Below, piece by piece: positions 55,067 through 64,000 of a stretch of 64,000 bases of DNA. Source of the DNA: Pelagibacteraceae bacterium AG-439-F23 (GTDB lineage: Bacteria > Pseudomonadota > Alphaproteobacteria > Pelagibacterales > Pelagibacteraceae); the NCBI GenBank assembly GCA_003212415.1, contig QCPT01000003.1:3085-67084 (forward strand). Direction: 5' to 3'. How positions within the stretch are numbered: the stretch's first letter is position 1; the number at the start of each line of letters is the position of its first letter. The translations under genes and the position numbers were made by a program. Below the pieces are notes generated by a model. It was not told the origin of the DNA, ran no database searches, and was given only the letters and a program-made list of their open reading frames with translations.

Positions 55067-55089
55067 ATATAGTATTAATATTATAAATT

Positions 55090-56067
55090 ATGAAAAATAT
55101 CACTAAATTAATTGTAGGCGAAACTGAAAAAGAAATTAGAGTAGACCAATTTTTAACTGATAAAAAAAAAGAATTAAGCAGAACTAGAGTTAAAAACTTA
55201 ATTTTAAAAGAAATGCTTAAAATAAATAATTCAGTAATTAAAGACCCGTCTAAAAAAGTATCTGTAGGTGATAATATTATTTTTGAAATACCAGATCCAA
55301 AGAAAGCTTCTTTAAAACCTTATGAATATAAATTAGACATAGTACATGAAGACTCAGATCTTATTGTTATAAATAAAAATGCGGGTATATCTATGCATCC
55401 ATCTGTTGGGAATTATGATAATACGATTGTAAACGCTTTAATAAATTATGATAAAAAATTATCAAATATTGGGGACGAATTAAGACCAGGAATTGTTCAT
55501 AGAATTGATAAAGACACTTCAGGATTAATAGTAATTGCAAAAAATAATATCTCTCATGAAAGTTTATCAAGCCAATTTGCAGAACACTCTATAACTAGAG
55601 TTTATCAAGCATTAATTTGGGGGAAGTTAAGACCTCAAAATGGAAAAATAGAAACATTTATAACAAGAAGTTCAAAAAATAGACAATTGATGGAAGTTGG
55701 AATTACTAAAGGAAAAAAAGCAATTACAAACTATAAAACGCTAGAAACTTTTGAAAATGATAAAGTTCCAACTTTAAGTCTAGTTGAATGTAGACTTGAA
55801 ACAGGAAGAACTCATCAAATAAGAGTTCATATGAGCTATAAAGGAAATAATATTTTAGGTGATAAAAAATATAAAAAAAAATTTAAAAAATTTAAAAATA
55901 TAGATCCTAAACTTGAAGAATATATTTTAAAACTTGATAGACAATTTTTACACGCTAAAATTCTTGGATTTGACCATCCCAGATCTGGGGAACGTATGGA
56001 ATTTTCGTCGAATTTACCGTCTAATTTAGATAATATTTTAAAAAAGCTAAGAAATACAAACAAATAA
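55090..56067 (+). CDS. rluD: 23S rRNA pseudouridine synthase RluD
   Basis: S4 domain, RPGIVHRIDKDTSG, LETGRTHQIRVH; upstream of rpoH as in other alphaproteobacteria. Confidence 0.92.
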   Translation: MKNITKLIVGETEKEIRVDQFLTDKKKELSRTRVKNLILKEMLKINNSVIKDPSKKVSVGDNIIFEIPDPKKASLKPYEYKLDIVHEDSDLIVINKNAGISMHPSVGNYDNTIVNALINYDKKLSNIGDELRPGIVHRIDKDTSGLIVIAKNNISHESLSSQFAEHSITRVYQALIWGKLRPQNGKIETFITRSSKNRQLMEVGITKGKKAITNYKTLETFENDKVPTLSLVECRLETGRTHQIRVHMSYKGNNILGDKKYKKKFKKFKNIDPKLEEYILKLDRQFLHAKILGFDHPRSGERMEFSSNLPSNLDNILKKLRNTNK

Positions 56068-56110
56068 AAATATTGTAAAATTTAAATTCTTAATTAAATA
56101 AATACAACTT

Positions 56111-57001
56111 ATGAATAAATCAACTTATAATTTACCAGCACTTTCTGATGAAGGTGGTCTTTCTTTATATCTGGCACAGATTAAAAAATTTCCAATGCTA
56201 GATGCTGAGGAAGAATTTATGCTGGCTAAAAATTGGAAAGCAAATGGAAATGTTAAATCTGCTGAAAAATTAGTAACAAGTCACTTAAGATTAGTTGCTA
56301 AAATAGCAATGGGATATAAAGGATATGGTTTACCTTTAAGTGAAATGATTTCTGAAGGAAACGTTGGTTTAATGCAAGCAGTGAAAAAATTTGAACCAGA
56401 TAAGGGATTTCGATTAGCAACATATGCGATGTGGTGGATTAAAGCATCAATTCAAGAATACATACTTCGATCTTGGAGTTTGGTTAAAATTGGAACTACA
56501 ACTGCACAAAAAAAATTATTTTTTAATTTAAAAAAAATCAAAAATCAGATTGCTCCAAGATTAGAAGGTGATCTAAGAGATGAACATGTAAAAAACATTT
56601 CAAATAGACTAAATGTAAGCGAAGAAGAAGTTGTTTCAATGAATAGAAGATTGTCTGGAAAAGAACAGTCTCTTAATGCGCCAATAGGAGAAGATGGTGA
56701 TGAATGGCAAGATTGGATAGTAGATAAAGAAATGGATCAAGAACTTAAATTTGCTCAAAATGAAGAGATAGAACAAAGAAAAGATCTTTTGCAAGACTCA
56801 ATTAAAATTTTAAATGATAGAGAAAAAGAAATTTTGAGATCAAGAAGACTTACTGACGATCCTATAACTCTTGAAGACTTAAGCAAAAAATTTAAAATTA
56901 GCAGAGAAAGAATAAGACAAATTGAAAATAAAGCTTTCGAAAAACTTCAAAAGCATATGCTGAATTCTGCTAAATCTAAAAACCTTCTTCCAACAAATTA
57001 A
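56111..57001 (+). CDS. rpoH: Heat-shock sigma factor RpoH
   Basis: RpoH box QKKLFFNLK, RLATYAMWWI, SRERIRQIE. Confidence 0.96.
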   Translation: MNKSTYNLPALSDEGGLSLYLAQIKKFPMLDAEEEFMLAKNWKANGNVKSAEKLVTSHLRLVAKIAMGYKGYGLPLSEMISEGNVGLMQAVKKFEPDKGFRLATYAMWWIKASIQEYILRSWSLVKIGTTTAQKKLFFNLKKIKNQIAPRLEGDLRDEHVKNISNRLNVSEEEVVSMNRRLSGKEQSLNAPIGEDGDEWQDWIVDKEMDQELKFAQNEEIEQRKDLLQDSIKILNDREKEILRSRRLTDDPITLEDLSKKFKISRERIRQIENKAFEKLQKHMLNSAKSKNLLPTN

Positions 57002-57004
57002 CTT

Positions 57005-58294
57005 TTAATTAAAAGGATCGATTAAAAGAATAGTATCTTTTCTTTCAGGGCTAGTTGAAATACTTGAAATTTTGGCTTCAATAAAATTTTCTAATTCTTT
57101 GATATAAATTTTTGCATTATTTGGTAAATTTTCAAAGTCCTTAATTCCTGAAGTAGATGATTTCCAACCTTTATATGTTTTGTATATCGGTTTAATTTTT
57201 AATTGATCATATAAAGTTGCTGGTAAATAATCAATTTTATTTCCATCAATTTCATAACCAATACACATTTTAATTTCTTCAAGTTCATCTAATACATCAA
57301 GTTTTGTAAGAGCAATACCATCTATGCCTGAAATTTTTATTGTTTGTCTTACAAGTACACCATCAAACCAACCACATCTCCTTTTACGACTTGTTACTGT
57401 TCCAAATTCTTTTCCAACAATTCCAAGGTGTTCTCCAATTTCGTCTTTTAGTTCAGTTGGAAAAGGACCTTCGCCAACTCTAGTTGTGTATGCTTTTGTA
57501 ATACCTAGTACATAATTTATTGAATTTGGTCCACATCCTGATCCCGTTGCAGCAGATGCAGCAACCGTATTAGATGAAGTTACAAAAGGATAGGTTCCAT
57601 GGTCAACATCTAATAGTATTCCTTGTGCTCCTTCAAATAGTATTTTCTTTTTTTGTAATTTAAATTCATCAATCTTTTTCCATACTTGTTTTGAATATTT
57701 AAGAATTTTAGGAGCTATTTTTAATAAATCTTTTTTTAATTGATTTTTTTCAAAAGCTGGCTTGTCCAGCCCTTTTCTTATTAGGTTATGATGGGATAAG
57801 GCTGAAGTTAATCTATTGTCTAAATTTTCCTCTGAGGCTAAATCCATAACTCTAACAGATCTTCTTCCTACTTTATCTTCATATGCAGGACCTATGCCTC
57901 TCCTTGTAGTTCCTATTTTTGAATTTCCCGCTGCGTCTTCTCTTATTTCATCCATTTCTCTATGATAAGGCATTATCAATGTAGCTGATTCAGATAGAAT
58001 TAAATTATTTTCATTTACATCGACACCTTTAGATTTAATCTCTTCAATCTCATCAAGAAGGGCCCAAGGATCAACAACAACTCCATTTCCTATAACAGAT
58101 ATTTTATTTTTTCTTACTATCCCCGATGGCAGCAATCTTAGTTTATAAGTAACACCATCAATTACTAAAGTATGTCCAGCATTATTTCCGCCTTGAAACC
58201 TAATTACTACATCTGCTTCGCCGGACAACCAATCAACTATTTTTCCTTTTCCTTCGTCTCCCCACTGAGAACCTACAACTGCAACATTTTTCAT
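57005..58294 (-). CDS. purA: Adenylosuccinate synthetase
   Basis: [34 protein letters not shown]. Confidence 0.97.
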   Translation of the reverse strand: MKNVAVVGSQWGDEGKGKIVDWLSGEADVVIRFQGGNNAGHTLVIDGVTYKLRLLPSGIVRKNKISVIGNGVVVDPWALLDEIEEIKSKGVDVNENNLILSESATLIMPYHREMDEIREDAAGNSKIGTTRRGIGPAYEDKVGRRSVRVMDLASEENLDNRLTSALSHHNLIRKGLDKPAFEKNQLKKDLLKIAPKILKYSKQVWKKIDEFKLQKKKILFEGAQGILLDVDHGTYPFVTSSNTVAASAATGSGCGPNSINYVLGITKAYTTRVGEGPFPTELKDEIGEHLGIVGKEFGTVTSRKRRCGWFDGVLVRQTIKISGIDGIALTKLDVLDELEEIKMCIGYEIDGNKIDYLPATLYDQLKIKPIYKTYKGWKSSTSGIKDFENLPNNAKIYIKELENFIEAKISSISTSPERKDTILLIDPFN

Positions 58295-59103
58295 CTAAAA
58301 TTTTTTTTTATATTAATAGTATTTAAATGGTTAATTGGACCATGACCTTTTCCATAACTAGGGCCAGTTCCAATTGCATGATTAACATACTTGATTGCCA
58401 TCTCACAAGATTTCTTTAATGTTTTTCCACAAGAATAATAAGATGCTATTGCGCTAGATAAAGTGCATCCTGTTCCATGAGTATTTTTTGTTTTAATTTT
58501 TTTATTTTTAAAAATTGAAATTTCTTTTTTATTTAAAAAAACATCAATCATTGTGCTACCTGAAAGATGGCCACCTTTAATAAGAACATTTTTTGCTCCT
58601 AAATTTATCAATATATTTGCCGCATATATCATATCTTCTTTTGAATTAATTTTAGTACGAGTAAGCATCTCTGCCTCAGGTATATTTGGTGTAATTAAAC
58701 TAACTTTTTTTAATAATTTTTTTTTTAAGATTTGAATTGATTTATTATCAATTAATTTAGTCCCTCCTTTAGCAACCATAACTGGATCTAATATAATTTT
58801 TTTAATTTTTATTTTAGATAAAGATTTTATAACTGAATTAATTACATTTGCGGAATGCAACATTCCAATTTTTATAACGTCAGGTTTTAAATCTCTCGAA
58901 GTAAATTCAATTTGTTTTGATATTTCAGTTGTAGGAATTGGGACTATTGATAAAACTCCAGTAGTATTTTGCGAAGTTATAGCAGTAATTGCAGTCATTG
59001 CATAAGAACCTAAAGAAGTAACAGTCTTAATGTCTGCTTGAATACCGGCTCCTCCTGAAGAGTCTGACCCTGCTATAATTAATATTTTAGATTTTATTTT
59101 CAA
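58291..59103 (-). CDS. thiD: HMP/HMP-P kinase
   Basis: [35 protein letters not shown]. Confidence 0.96.
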   Translation of the reverse strand: MKIKSKILIIAGSDSSGGAGIQADIKTVTSLGSYAMTAITAITSQNTTGVLSIVPIPTTEISKQIEFTSRDLKPDVIKIGMLHSANVINSVIKSLSKIKIKKIILDPVMVAKGGTKLIDNKSIQILKKKLLKKVSLITPNIPEAEMLTRTKINSKEDMIYAANILINLGAKNVLIKGGHLSGSTMIDVFLNKKEISIFKNKKIKTKNTHGTGCTLSSAIASYYSCGKTLKKSCEMAIKYVNHAIGTGPSYGKGHGPINHLNTINIKKNFR

Positions 59104-59104
59104 T

Positions 59105-60439
59105 TTATTTAATTGATCTCTTTACAATATTAATACATTTTATAATCAAATTTTTATTCTCTGATTCACACATAATTCTTATAGCTGATTCAGTTCCTGA
59201 TTTTCTTACTAACATTCTTCCATGGCCATTTATAATTTTTTTTGCATACATAATTGCTTTTTTACATTTATAGGAATTTATTATTGATTTGTCTTTAACT
59301 ATAATATTTTCTAAAAATTGCGGAGTAGGTTTAAATGTTGTAAATAATTCACTAGCCTTTTTGCCTTTTCTCATTGAAAAAAGTATTTCTAAAGCTACCA
59401 ATAAACCATCGCCGGTAGTCGCAAATTTTCCCAATATAATATGTCCTGATTGTTCACCGCCTAAATTAAATTTATTTTTTTGCATCATTTCTTTAACATA
59501 TCTATCACCAACGTTGGACCTTAAAAATTTTATTTTTTTATTTCTAAAATAATTTTCCAAACCATAGTTAGACATTAATGTTCCTATAACTCCTCCTTTT
59601 AAAATTTTTTTTCTTTTCCATCTTTCTGCGAGCATAGCAATTATTTTATCTCCATCTATAATATTTCTTTTTTCATCACACACAATTATTCTGTCAGCAT
59701 CTCCATCCAAAGAAACGCCAATGTCAGCTTTATATTTTTTTGTTAAAAATTTAATTTTATTTGGAAAAGTAGATCCACATTTATCATTTATATTTAAGCC
59801 ATTGGGCAAAGTTCCTATTTCAAAAACTTTTGCACCAAGAGATTTAAATAGTTTTGGTCCGGACTTATGAGCAGCTCCATTTGCACAATCTATTGCAATT
59901 TTCAAACCTTTAAGATTAAATGAAGAAGGAAAATTTTTTTTTAATATTTCTATATATTTGTCATTCGCATCTTCTAGTCTTTTAACTCTTCCTAAGATTT
60001 TGGGTTGTGAAAGATTATTAATTATTTTTGAATCTATCAGTTTCTCTATTTTTTTTTCTATTTTATCAGAGAGTTTTAAACCATCAGGACCAAACAATTT
60101 TAATCCATTGTCAAAATATGGATTATGAGATGCCGTAATCATTATGCCCATGTTGGCTTTCATTTTCTTAGTTAGCATAGCAAGCCCATTTGTTGGTAGA
60201 GGGCCTAATGTATAAACATTCATCCCAGTTGAAGCCAATCCTGACACCAATGCTGGCTCTAAAGTATATCCTGAAAGTCTAGTATCCTTAGCAATTATTG
60301 CTACTTGCTTATTTTTTTTTGCATTTTTAAAATAAGTTCCTGCTGCTAAACCAAACTTAAAAAACATTTCTCCATTAATCTTATCTTGATTAACTCTGCC
60401 TCTTATACCATCGGTTCCAAAATATTTTTTTCTCATCAA
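59105..60439 (-). CDS. glmM: Phosphoglucosamine mutase
   Basis: FGTDGIRG, TASHNP, DGDADR, GGEQSGH, RKSGTE. Confidence 0.96.
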   Translation of the reverse strand: MMRKKYFGTDGIRGRVNQDKINGEMFFKFGLAAGTYFKNAKKNKQVAIIAKDTRLSGYTLEPALVSGLASTGMNVYTLGPLPTNGLAMLTKKMKANMGIMITASHNPYFDNGLKLFGPDGLKLSDKIEKKIEKLIDSKIINNLSQPKILGRVKRLEDANDKYIEILKKNFPSSFNLKGLKIAIDCANGAAHKSGPKLFKSLGAKVFEIGTLPNGLNINDKCGSTFPNKIKFLTKKYKADIGVSLDGDADRIIVCDEKRNIIDGDKIIAMLAERWKRKKILKGGVIGTLMSNYGLENYFRNKKIKFLRSNVGDRYVKEMMQKNKFNLGGEQSGHIILGKFATTGDGLLVALEILFSMRKGKKASELFTTFKPTPQFLENIIVKDKSIINSYKCKKAIMYAKKIINGHGRMLVRKSGTESAIRIMCESENKNLIIKCINIVKRSIK

Positions 60440-61491
60440 TTTAGTTGTAATTTTTCAAATACTTTAAGTGCCTGGCTAACTTCATTAATATCATGAACTC
60501 TCAATATTTGTATACCTTGTAAAGAAGAATATATGCATGATGATACGGTTCCTCCGATTCTTTCTTTGCTATCATTAACTCCCGCAATATCTTTTATATA
60601 TCTTTTTCTAGATAAGCCTAACATTATTGGAAAACCTAAAGAATGAAAAATAGAAATTTTACTGATTAGAGTAATATTATGTTTCAAATTTTTACCAAAA
60701 CCAATTCCTGGATCTAAAATTATATTATTATGTTTTATATTTTTTTTTCTAAGTAATTTTATTTTTTTTTCGAAAAAATCATAGATATCTAAAAGAACAT
60801 TTTTGTAACTCGGATTATTCTGCATGGTTTTTGGCGTACCTTGCATATGATGTATAACAAAGGGAATCTTATATTTTTTTAATATTTCAATTGTATCTTT
60901 GTCATATGTTAATCCCGAAACATCATTAATCAAACTTACTTTTTTATAATTCAAGCTTTTTTTTATTATAAAACTTTTTCTAGTATCCAATGATATAATA
61001 CATTTTTTTTTACTTAAATTATTAAGTTTTGATTTAATTCTTTCCCATTCTTTTTTTGGTTTTATTTCTTTTGCTCCAGGTCTTGTTGACTCGCCTCCTA
61101 AGTCAATTATTTTTGCTCCTTCATCTAAAAGTTTTTTTATTTGTTTGTATGCCAATTTATCATTAAGAAATCTTCCTCCATCGGAAAAACTATCAGGTGT
61201 AGTATTAAGAACGCCCATTAAAATTGGAACTTTTCCAAATTTTAACTTATGAAATTTTTTTTTTTTTATTATATTTTTTAAATCAGAAAAAACTTTTTTT
61301 TTAATATTTTTTGGTAATTTATTTATTTTTTTTATATTTATTATTTTTTGTGATTTTCTGGTTATTAATTCAATGCTATCAAATGAAATTGAGCTATTTC
61401 CATTTAAGGGTAATGAAATTTTTTTACTAATTTTTTTTTTTGAATTTGATCCGTAATAAAAATTACACGCTCTTGTGTAATATTTTTCCAT
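60436..61491 (-). CDS. folP: Dihydropteroate synthase with N-terminal extension
   Basis: MGVLNTTPDSFSDGG, GGESTRPG, DPGIGFGK, SRKR, LRVHD. Confidence 0.95.
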   Translation of the reverse strand: MEKYYTRACNFYYGSNSKKKISKKISLPLNGNSSISFDSIELITRKSQKIINIKKINKLPKNIKKKVFSDLKNIIKKKKFHKLKFGKVPILMGVLNTTPDSFSDGGRFLNDKLAYKQIKKLLDEGAKIIDLGGESTRPGAKEIKPKKEWERIKSKLNNLSKKKCIISLDTRKSFIIKKSLNYKKVSLINDVSGLTYDKDTIEILKKYKIPFVIHHMQGTPKTMQNNPSYKNVLLDIYDFFEKKIKLLRKKNIKHNNIILDPGIGFGKNLKHNITLISKISIFHSLGFPIMLGLSRKRYIKDIAGVNDSKERIGGTVSSCIYSSLQGIQILRVHDINEVSQALKVFEKLQLN

Positions 61492-61499
61492 TAAGGCTT

Positions 61500-63392
61500 T
61501 TAGTGAACAATCTTTGGTTTTAAACCAATAGATCCTAGAGCCGAATTTTGCTCATCTTCTTCAACTTTTAAATCTTCTTTATTTTCGGGATAAACATTTT
61601 TATTAATTAAATCTTCTATTTCGCTCCCAGTTAATGTTTCGTAAGTCAGTAATGCTTTTGCAAGCTTATGAAGGTCATCTATTTTTTCAGTAAGCAGTTT
61701 TTTGGCTCTATCATAACCTTTGTCTACTAATTTTCTTATTTCGCTATCTACTTTTTTTGCAGTTTCTTCTGACATATTTTGTTGTCTAGCAACAGATCTA
61801 CCTAAAAAAACTTCTTCTTCATTTTCTCCATAAGCAACAGGGCCAAGCTCTTTGCTTAAGCCAGCTCTCATAACCATTGCTCTTGCTCTTTTTGTAGCTT
61901 GTTCTATGTCACTAGCTGCTCCAGTCGTTACTTTGTCTTCACCAAATATAATTTCTTCTGCTACTCTTCCTCCCATGGCTATTGCCATCTGTGCATGCAG
62001 TTGTTCTCTTGTTTGTGACACTTCATCTCTTTCAGGAAGTTGCATTACCATTCCAAGCGCTCTTCCTCTTGGAATTATTGTAGCTTTATGAATAGGATAT
62101 GCCGCCTTTTCATTAATAGTAACTATAGCATGTCCCGCTTCGTGATAAGCTGTTAACCTTTTTTCTTCCTCTGACATAACCATAGATCTTCTTTCAGCAC
62201 CCATCATTACCTTATCTTTTGCTTCTTCAAATTCTTGATTTGTTACAATTCTTTTATTCTTTCTAGCTGCTAGTAAAGCAGATTCGTTAACTAAATTGGC
62301 CAAATCCGCCCCTGAAAAACCTGGAGTTCCTCTAGCAACAGTTCTTAAATTTACATCTTTTGCCATTGATATTTTTTTAGCATGAACTTTTAAGATTTTT
62401 TCTCTTCCTAATATATCCGGATTCGAAACAACTACTTGCCTGTCAAATCTTCCTGGTCTTAGTAAAGCTGGATCTAATACATCGGGTCTATTTGTTGCTG
62501 CAATAATTATAACTCCTTCGTTAGTATCAAAACCATCCATTTCAACTAATAGCTGATTTAAAGTTTGTTCTCTTTCGTCATTACCTCCTCCTAGACCCGC
62601 ACCTCTACTTCTTCCAACGGCATCTATTTCATCAATAAAAATTATACAAGGAGCATGTTTTTTTCCTTGTTCAAACATATCTCTAACTCTTGACGCTCCT
62701 ACTCCTACGAACATTTCAACAAAATCAGATCCAGATATAGTGAAAAAAGGAACTCCCGCCTCGCCAGCAATAGCTCTTGCTAATAAAGTTTTGCCTGTTC
62801 CTGGTGGACCCACTAACAAACATCCTCTTGGAATTTTTCCTCCCAGCCTACTAAATTTTCTTGGATCTTTTAAAAATTCTACAACTTCTTCTACTTCTTC
62901 TTTTGCTTCTTCTACTCCAGCAACATCATTAAAGGTTACCTTTCCTTTTAACTCATTCATCATTTTAGCTTTGGATTTACCAAATCCCATCGCACCGCCT
63001 TTACCACCTTGCATTTGTCTCATAAAAAATATCCAGACAGCAATCAGTAATAACATTGGAAACCAAGACAACAGTATTCCTAGAAGTGATGGCATTTTTT
63101 CTTCTAAAGGACTTGCTGAGATGCTAACGCCTTTATCGCTTAATTTCTGAATCAAGTTTGGATCATCTGGAGCGTAAGTATTAAACATTTTTCCATTAGA
63201 GAAAACCCCTTTGATATTTTTTCCTTGTATTTCTACTTGCACAACTCTTCCATTATCAACTTCTGATAAAAATTCAGAAAAGATAATATTATTATTTACA
63301 CCAATTGATCCTTGGGGATTTTTAAACATGTTGTATAGACCTATTGTTAATAGAACTATTACTCCCCACATTGCTAAATTTTTGAAATTCAT
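61500..63392 (-). CDS. ftsH: ATP-dependent zinc metalloprotease FtsH
   Basis: Two TMs, [16 protein letters not shown]. Confidence 0.97.
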   Translation of the reverse strand: MNFKNLAMWGVIVLLTIGLYNMFKNPQGSIGVNNNIIFSEFLSEVDNGRVVQVEIQGKNIKGVFSNGKMFNTYAPDDPNLIQKLSDKGVSISASPLEEKMPSLLGILLSWFPMLLLIAVWIFFMRQMQGGKGGAMGFGKSKAKMMNELKGKVTFNDVAGVEEAKEEVEEVVEFLKDPRKFSRLGGKIPRGCLLVGPPGTGKTLLARAIAGEAGVPFFTISGSDFVEMFVGVGASRVRDMFEQGKKHAPCIIFIDEIDAVGRSRGAGLGGGNDEREQTLNQLLVEMDGFDTNEGVIIIAATNRPDVLDPALLRPGRFDRQVVVSNPDILGREKILKVHAKKISMAKDVNLRTVARGTPGFSGADLANLVNESALLAARKNKRIVTNQEFEEAKDKVMMGAERRSMVMSEEEKRLTAYHEAGHAIVTINEKAAYPIHKATIIPRGRALGMVMQLPERDEVSQTREQLHAQMAIAMGGRVAEEIIFGEDKVTTGAASDIEQATKRARAMVMRAGLSKELGPVAYGENEEEVFLGRSVARQQNMSEETAKKVDSEIRKLVDKGYDRAKKLLTEKIDDLHKLAKALLTYETLTGSEIEDLINKNVYPENKEDLKVEEDEQNSALGSIGLKPKIVH

Positions 63393-63461
63393 TTCAAGTA
63401 TAAAGTAAGAATTATTATTAATTAAACAAGTACCATTTTTTCAAAAAAAACACCAAATAAT

Positions 63462-64000
63462 CTAGATTTCTTGCGAAATAATGATTGATTTGTTAATTTT
63501 TTCAAAAATACACCCTGATAAAGTTTCTTTTTTAAATTTTTTCATAGTTTTTATATTTTTTATTAAACTTAATATTTTCTTTCCTCTGGTAAAACCTTTT
63601 TTATTTCCAATATTATAAATCAATTCAGAAAAAGATCTAAAAACTATTTCATCGGGTTGATTAAAAAAAAATTCATTAATAATTACAGATTTTTTTATAT
63701 TTAATTTTTTTGTGTTTTCTTTAATATTTTTTTTTACATAAAATTTAATTGCTGCATCACTTTTATTAAGATTATTAAGTGTAAGATTAAATTTTTCAAA
63801 AGTTAATCCATTTTGTTTTAGTTGTTTAATTAATTTTCTTATTTTTATTCTTAAATAATTATCGTTTTTATTTGATGGGTCTTCTATATTAAAATTAAAA
63901 GTTTTTTTTGTTATATATGACAATTCTTTTTTAGAAATATTCAAAAGGGGTCTTATAACAAATACATTCAAGTTTTTGTTAATTTTTGTTTTGTTACTTT
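63462..64000 (-). CDS. tilS: tRNA(Ile)-lysidine synthetase, C-terminal part (5' end outside the window)
   Basis: IRPLL...EDPSN...RIKIR; frame open to the window edge; tilS-ftsH synteny. Confidence 0.9.
   Translation of the reverse strand, partial: SNKTKINKNLNVFVIRPLLNISKKELSYITKKTFNFNIEDPSNKNDNYLRIKIRKLIKQLKQNGLTFEKFNLTLNNLNKSDAAIKFYVKKNIKENTKKLNIKKSVIINEFFFNQPDEIVFRSFSELIYNIGNKKGFTRGKKILSLIKNIKTMKKFKKETLSGCIFEKINKSIIISQEI

Noticed and set aside
60436-61491. FolP N-terminal extension as a novel fusion
   Set aside because: Similar extensions occur in other alphaproteobacterial FolP proteins and no second catalytic motif is visible.

Overview
AT-rich, very gene-dense alphaproteobacterial chromosome segment, most consistent with Pelagibacterales (SAR11). 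This is an inference from base composition, tiny intergenic spacers, the permuted two-piece tmRNA with an ANESYALAA tag, and gene order. 1-13.1 kb: a type IVa pilus locus (pilM partial, pilT, FimT/PilV/PilW/PilX-like minor pilins, an extra secreted protein, a 1375-aa PilY1) facing a convergent pilD-autotransporter-small membrane protein unit. 13-32 kb and 38-64 kb: mostly housekeeping genes (mre/mrd, ilv/leu, miaA, degP, hflKC, mrp, thyX, nadA/nadC, ppdK, glyQS, isp/dxs, aroC, rluD, rpoH, purA, thiD, glmM, folP, ftsH, tilS) plus a tRNA-Arg with a TCG anticodon. The most notable structure is a ~4.6 kb island inserted at the 3' end of the tmRNA gene (32.56-37.19 kb). It has a 15-bp att duplication and six TTACA(T/A)TGAAG-type repeats positioned like integrase arm sites just inside both ends, but no integrase. 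Its cargo is a SapI/EarI-like Type IIS restriction-modification system (two methyltransferases plus an HNH endonuclease) and an orphan gene. A second, decayed copy of the tmRNA end lies further downstream. All family assignments come from recognised motifs; no database searches were run.
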